This document shows positions 62,105 through 64,000 of a DNA stretch of 64,000 nt, piece after piece (the first letter of the stretch is position 1; each line of letters starts with the position of its first letter). The notes beneath the pieces are model-generated. The model made no database searches. It was not told the origin of the DNA and saw only the letters and a list, made by a program, of their open reading frames with translations. The stretch is from an uncultured Eubacteriales bacterium (lineage in GTDB: Bacteria; Bacillota; Clostridia; Lachnospirales; CAMVHY01), in assembly GCA_948543815.1 (NCBI GenBank), contig CAOVHW010000001.1, forward strand, positions 138,413-202,412, written 5' to 3'. The translations under genes were made by a program, and so were the position numbers.

Positions 62105-64000
62105 ATGTTTCAATTTGTTTAGGATTTTGCGGAATCATTTGTGGGATTTTAGATAATAAATTTGAAGACGATGTGGACCTTGGCATCGGTAAACTTTCTG
62201 ATAAAGTTTTAGTATTATTTAAACTTGTATTTCTTCTTTTTGATTTAGTTGGAACTAAATTAGATGAAGATGAATTTATATTTTTTGTAACGGGAAAATT
62301 TAATTCTGGAAAAAGTAAATCAGAAAATGATTGTCTTATTTTTTTATTTTTTGTTCCAATCGGAATATTTTGTTCAAATTTTGAAATTGTTTCTGGATTA
62401 GATAAATAACATTGTAAATCATCATGTGAATTTGTTAGTTTATAAAAATTTTCTTCACGTCTTGAATATTCTAATATTAATTCTTGTGTTGAAATTTCTA
62501 GTTCTGCAAAACTTATTTCATAATTATCAAAAAACGCCAAAGAAATTTTAGTTAAATTTGCTATTTCAATAATTTGTTGTTCGTACTTTTTTATAGAGTA
62601 TAAAAATATTAAGGCTTGTAAGTTTACAGGTAAATCGTTAAATTTTAAATTTGATATTAAATTTTTTTCTATAGATAAAACATTTGATTTAATACGATCA
62701 TTTAGAACACTATGGCAAGATTTATCAGGTTCTAATATATGTAAAAAAAACTCGGGCTCTTTAATTGCTATTAAAATTAAAATTTTTGTTGTGGGATTTA
62801 AAGATGAAAATTTTATTTCTTCATGATTTTCTGTTTGTATAATTGTTTCAGCATTTATAAAAAAATTTTCTTGTGAATTATGTAAAGAACGTTTTAATAA
62901 AATTATAAAAGAAAAAGCTTGCATTTCATAGGAAAGTTGTTCATAGTTATTTTTATTTTCATTTTTATGAAATACAAAAAATTTTTCTTCGGAATTTAAT
63001 GAAGCTAATTGGAGATTGTCAAAATTTTCGTTCATTAATATATCTGGAATTAAAATCTCTTTATTTTTAAGATTTAATGATTTAATACTACGAATTGCAT
63101 CAGCAGGATATTTTTTACTAAAAAAGTCTATTAATTCATTAATACGATTAAATTTATCTAAAATAATAATCATTTCATTTTTATTATCATTGTTTGTATT
63201 TTCGAGAGAATTATAAAAATATTCTTTTAAATCTTGTGGAAATTCTTCTATATATTCAGCAATAAAAGTAAAAGCTTTATATTCATTAAAAATTAAATCA
63301 AATAAAGAAATTTTTTCTTTATAAGATAAATAATTTTCAGCAAAAAATGATTTAAATATTTGAAGAGTAATATTTACAAATGATTTTCTTTTGTCATTAA
63401 AACAATGATAGAAAATTTTTTTTTGATTTGGAGTAAGATGAGAAAAAATTATTTCACGTAATTTATTTATTTGTGGTTTATTATCCCAGTATTTTAGAAA
63501 AAATATTAAGAAAAAATCATTTTTTGAATTTTGAATTATATTTTTAGTTTCTTCGCTAATTAATATTTCAAAGATAATTGATTTATCTTCATTAGAAATT
63601 TTTCCCCAAGATTTAAAGAAACTTTGCCAAATTCTATGTGCTTCAACAGAATCATCATTAAAATATGGATGATATTTTGCTCCAACTTCAAAAATTATTC
63701 TAAATAAATTTTTTTTTATTGCAATCGTTGGTAAACAAAAAAAATAATCTTGAAAAGAAAATTTTTCTACAAGGTTAAAATAAAAATTTTGTACTTCTTT
63801 TGATTCATTTATTTTTGATAATGCATAAAAAAAATTTTTTCGAAAATCACCGATATTGATTATTTTTTTTCTACCATTACTAAAAAAATTTTGTTCAAAA
63901 TCAACATTTCCATCAAACATTTTAAATAATTGTTGAGAAGAAAATTCGTTTAAAAGATAAATGATTTGATTTTCCTCAAATAATATTAAATATGCAAGTT
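62103..64000 (-). CDS. Large orphan protein (more than 630 aa; 5' end beyond the window)
   Basis: The frame stays open from the track ATG 63920 to the window edge (LAYLILFEENQIIYLLNEFSSQQLFKMFDG...). N/K/F/E/I-rich. S/T/N/P-rich C-terminal tail. No TM segment, and no motif I recognise. Confidence 0.7.
   Translation of the reverse strand, partial: LAYLILFEENQIIYLLNEFSSQQLFKMFDGNVDFEQNFFSNGRKKIINIGDFRKNFFYALSKINESKEVQNFYFNLVEKFSFQDYFFCLPTIAIKKNLFRIIFEVGAKYHPYFNDDSVEAHRIWQSFFKSWGKISNEDKSIIFEILISEETKNIIQNSKNDFFLIFFLKYWDNKPQINKLREIIFSHLTPNQKKIFYHCFNDKRKSFVNITLQIFKSFFAENYLSYKEKISLFDLIFNEYKAFTFIAEYIEEFPQDLKEYFYNSLENTNNDNKNEMIIILDKFNRINELIDFFSKKYPADAIRSIKSLNLKNKEILIPDILMNENFDNLQLASLNSEEKFFVFHKNENKNNYEQLSYEMQAFSFIILLKRSLHNSQENFFINAETIIQTENHEEIKFSSLNPTTKILILIAIKEPEFFLHILEPDKSCHSVLNDRIKSNVLSIEKNLISNLKFNDLPVNLQALIFLYSIKKYEQQIIEIANLTKISLAFFDNYEISFAELEISTQELILEYSRREENFYKLTNSHDDLQCYLSNPETISKFEQNIPIGTKNKKIRQSFSDLLFPELNFPVTKNINSSSSNLVPTKSKRRNTSLNNTKTLSESLPMPRSTSSSNLLSKIPQMIPQNPKQIET

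Noticed and set aside
62080-62409. 109-aa plus-strand ORF
   Set aside because: It starts inside the bidirectional terminator and is antisense to the C-terminal tail of the large minus-strand ORF. It has no SD.

Overview
A 64 kb window of a very AT-rich chromosome, judged by eye to be well above 65% A+T. It looks like a spore-forming Firmicutes/Clostridia-type genome, because it carries sigG, a YtvI-like gene, recU, mecA, sepF and DUF1659/DUF2922 genes. The standard genetic code applies: an RF2 gene is present with its UGA frameshift site, and TAA is the common stop. Most of the window is housekeeping: secA, prfB, glgB, sepF-yggT, degV, rqcH, tcdA, sigG, ywlE-rpiB-upp, ftsY, rnhA, mecA, asp23-yloV, tkt, recU, ispD, rarA, ddl-murI, rplS, truA, a tRNA Asp-Val-Arg cluster, aroK, ybeY, rnc-acpP, a heterodimeric ABC exporter and a walRK-like operon. 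Four stretches are not ordinary. (1) 464-4945 holds a tandem array of three paralogous orphan genes. Each sits on the same promoter/leader cassette, is built from a ~144-aa module, and one copy carries an in-frame TAA. A duplicated relic of the upstream gene's 3' end lies inside the array. (2) 29296-32553 encodes a 1085-aa orphan protein with about 11 degenerate ~87-aa repeats, directly behind tkt. (3) 45656-51090 is a synteny break and gene-decay zone with a truncated dgkA, a frameshifted Nudix gene, an APH(6)-type kinase pseudogene and a brnQ 5' stub. These decayed genes surround two intact orphan genes. One orphan is a PPP-type metallophosphatase whose catalytic motifs are split by very large insertions, and it is followed by a coiled-coil membrane protein. 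(4) 62103-64000 encodes a large orphan protein that runs off the window. A family of composite multi-hairpin intergenic elements recurs at six gene 3' ends, with compensatory stem changes between copies. No CRISPR array, transposase, integrase or rRNA was seen. All family assignments come from motif recognition by eye. No database search or alignment program was run, and identities are visual estimates.
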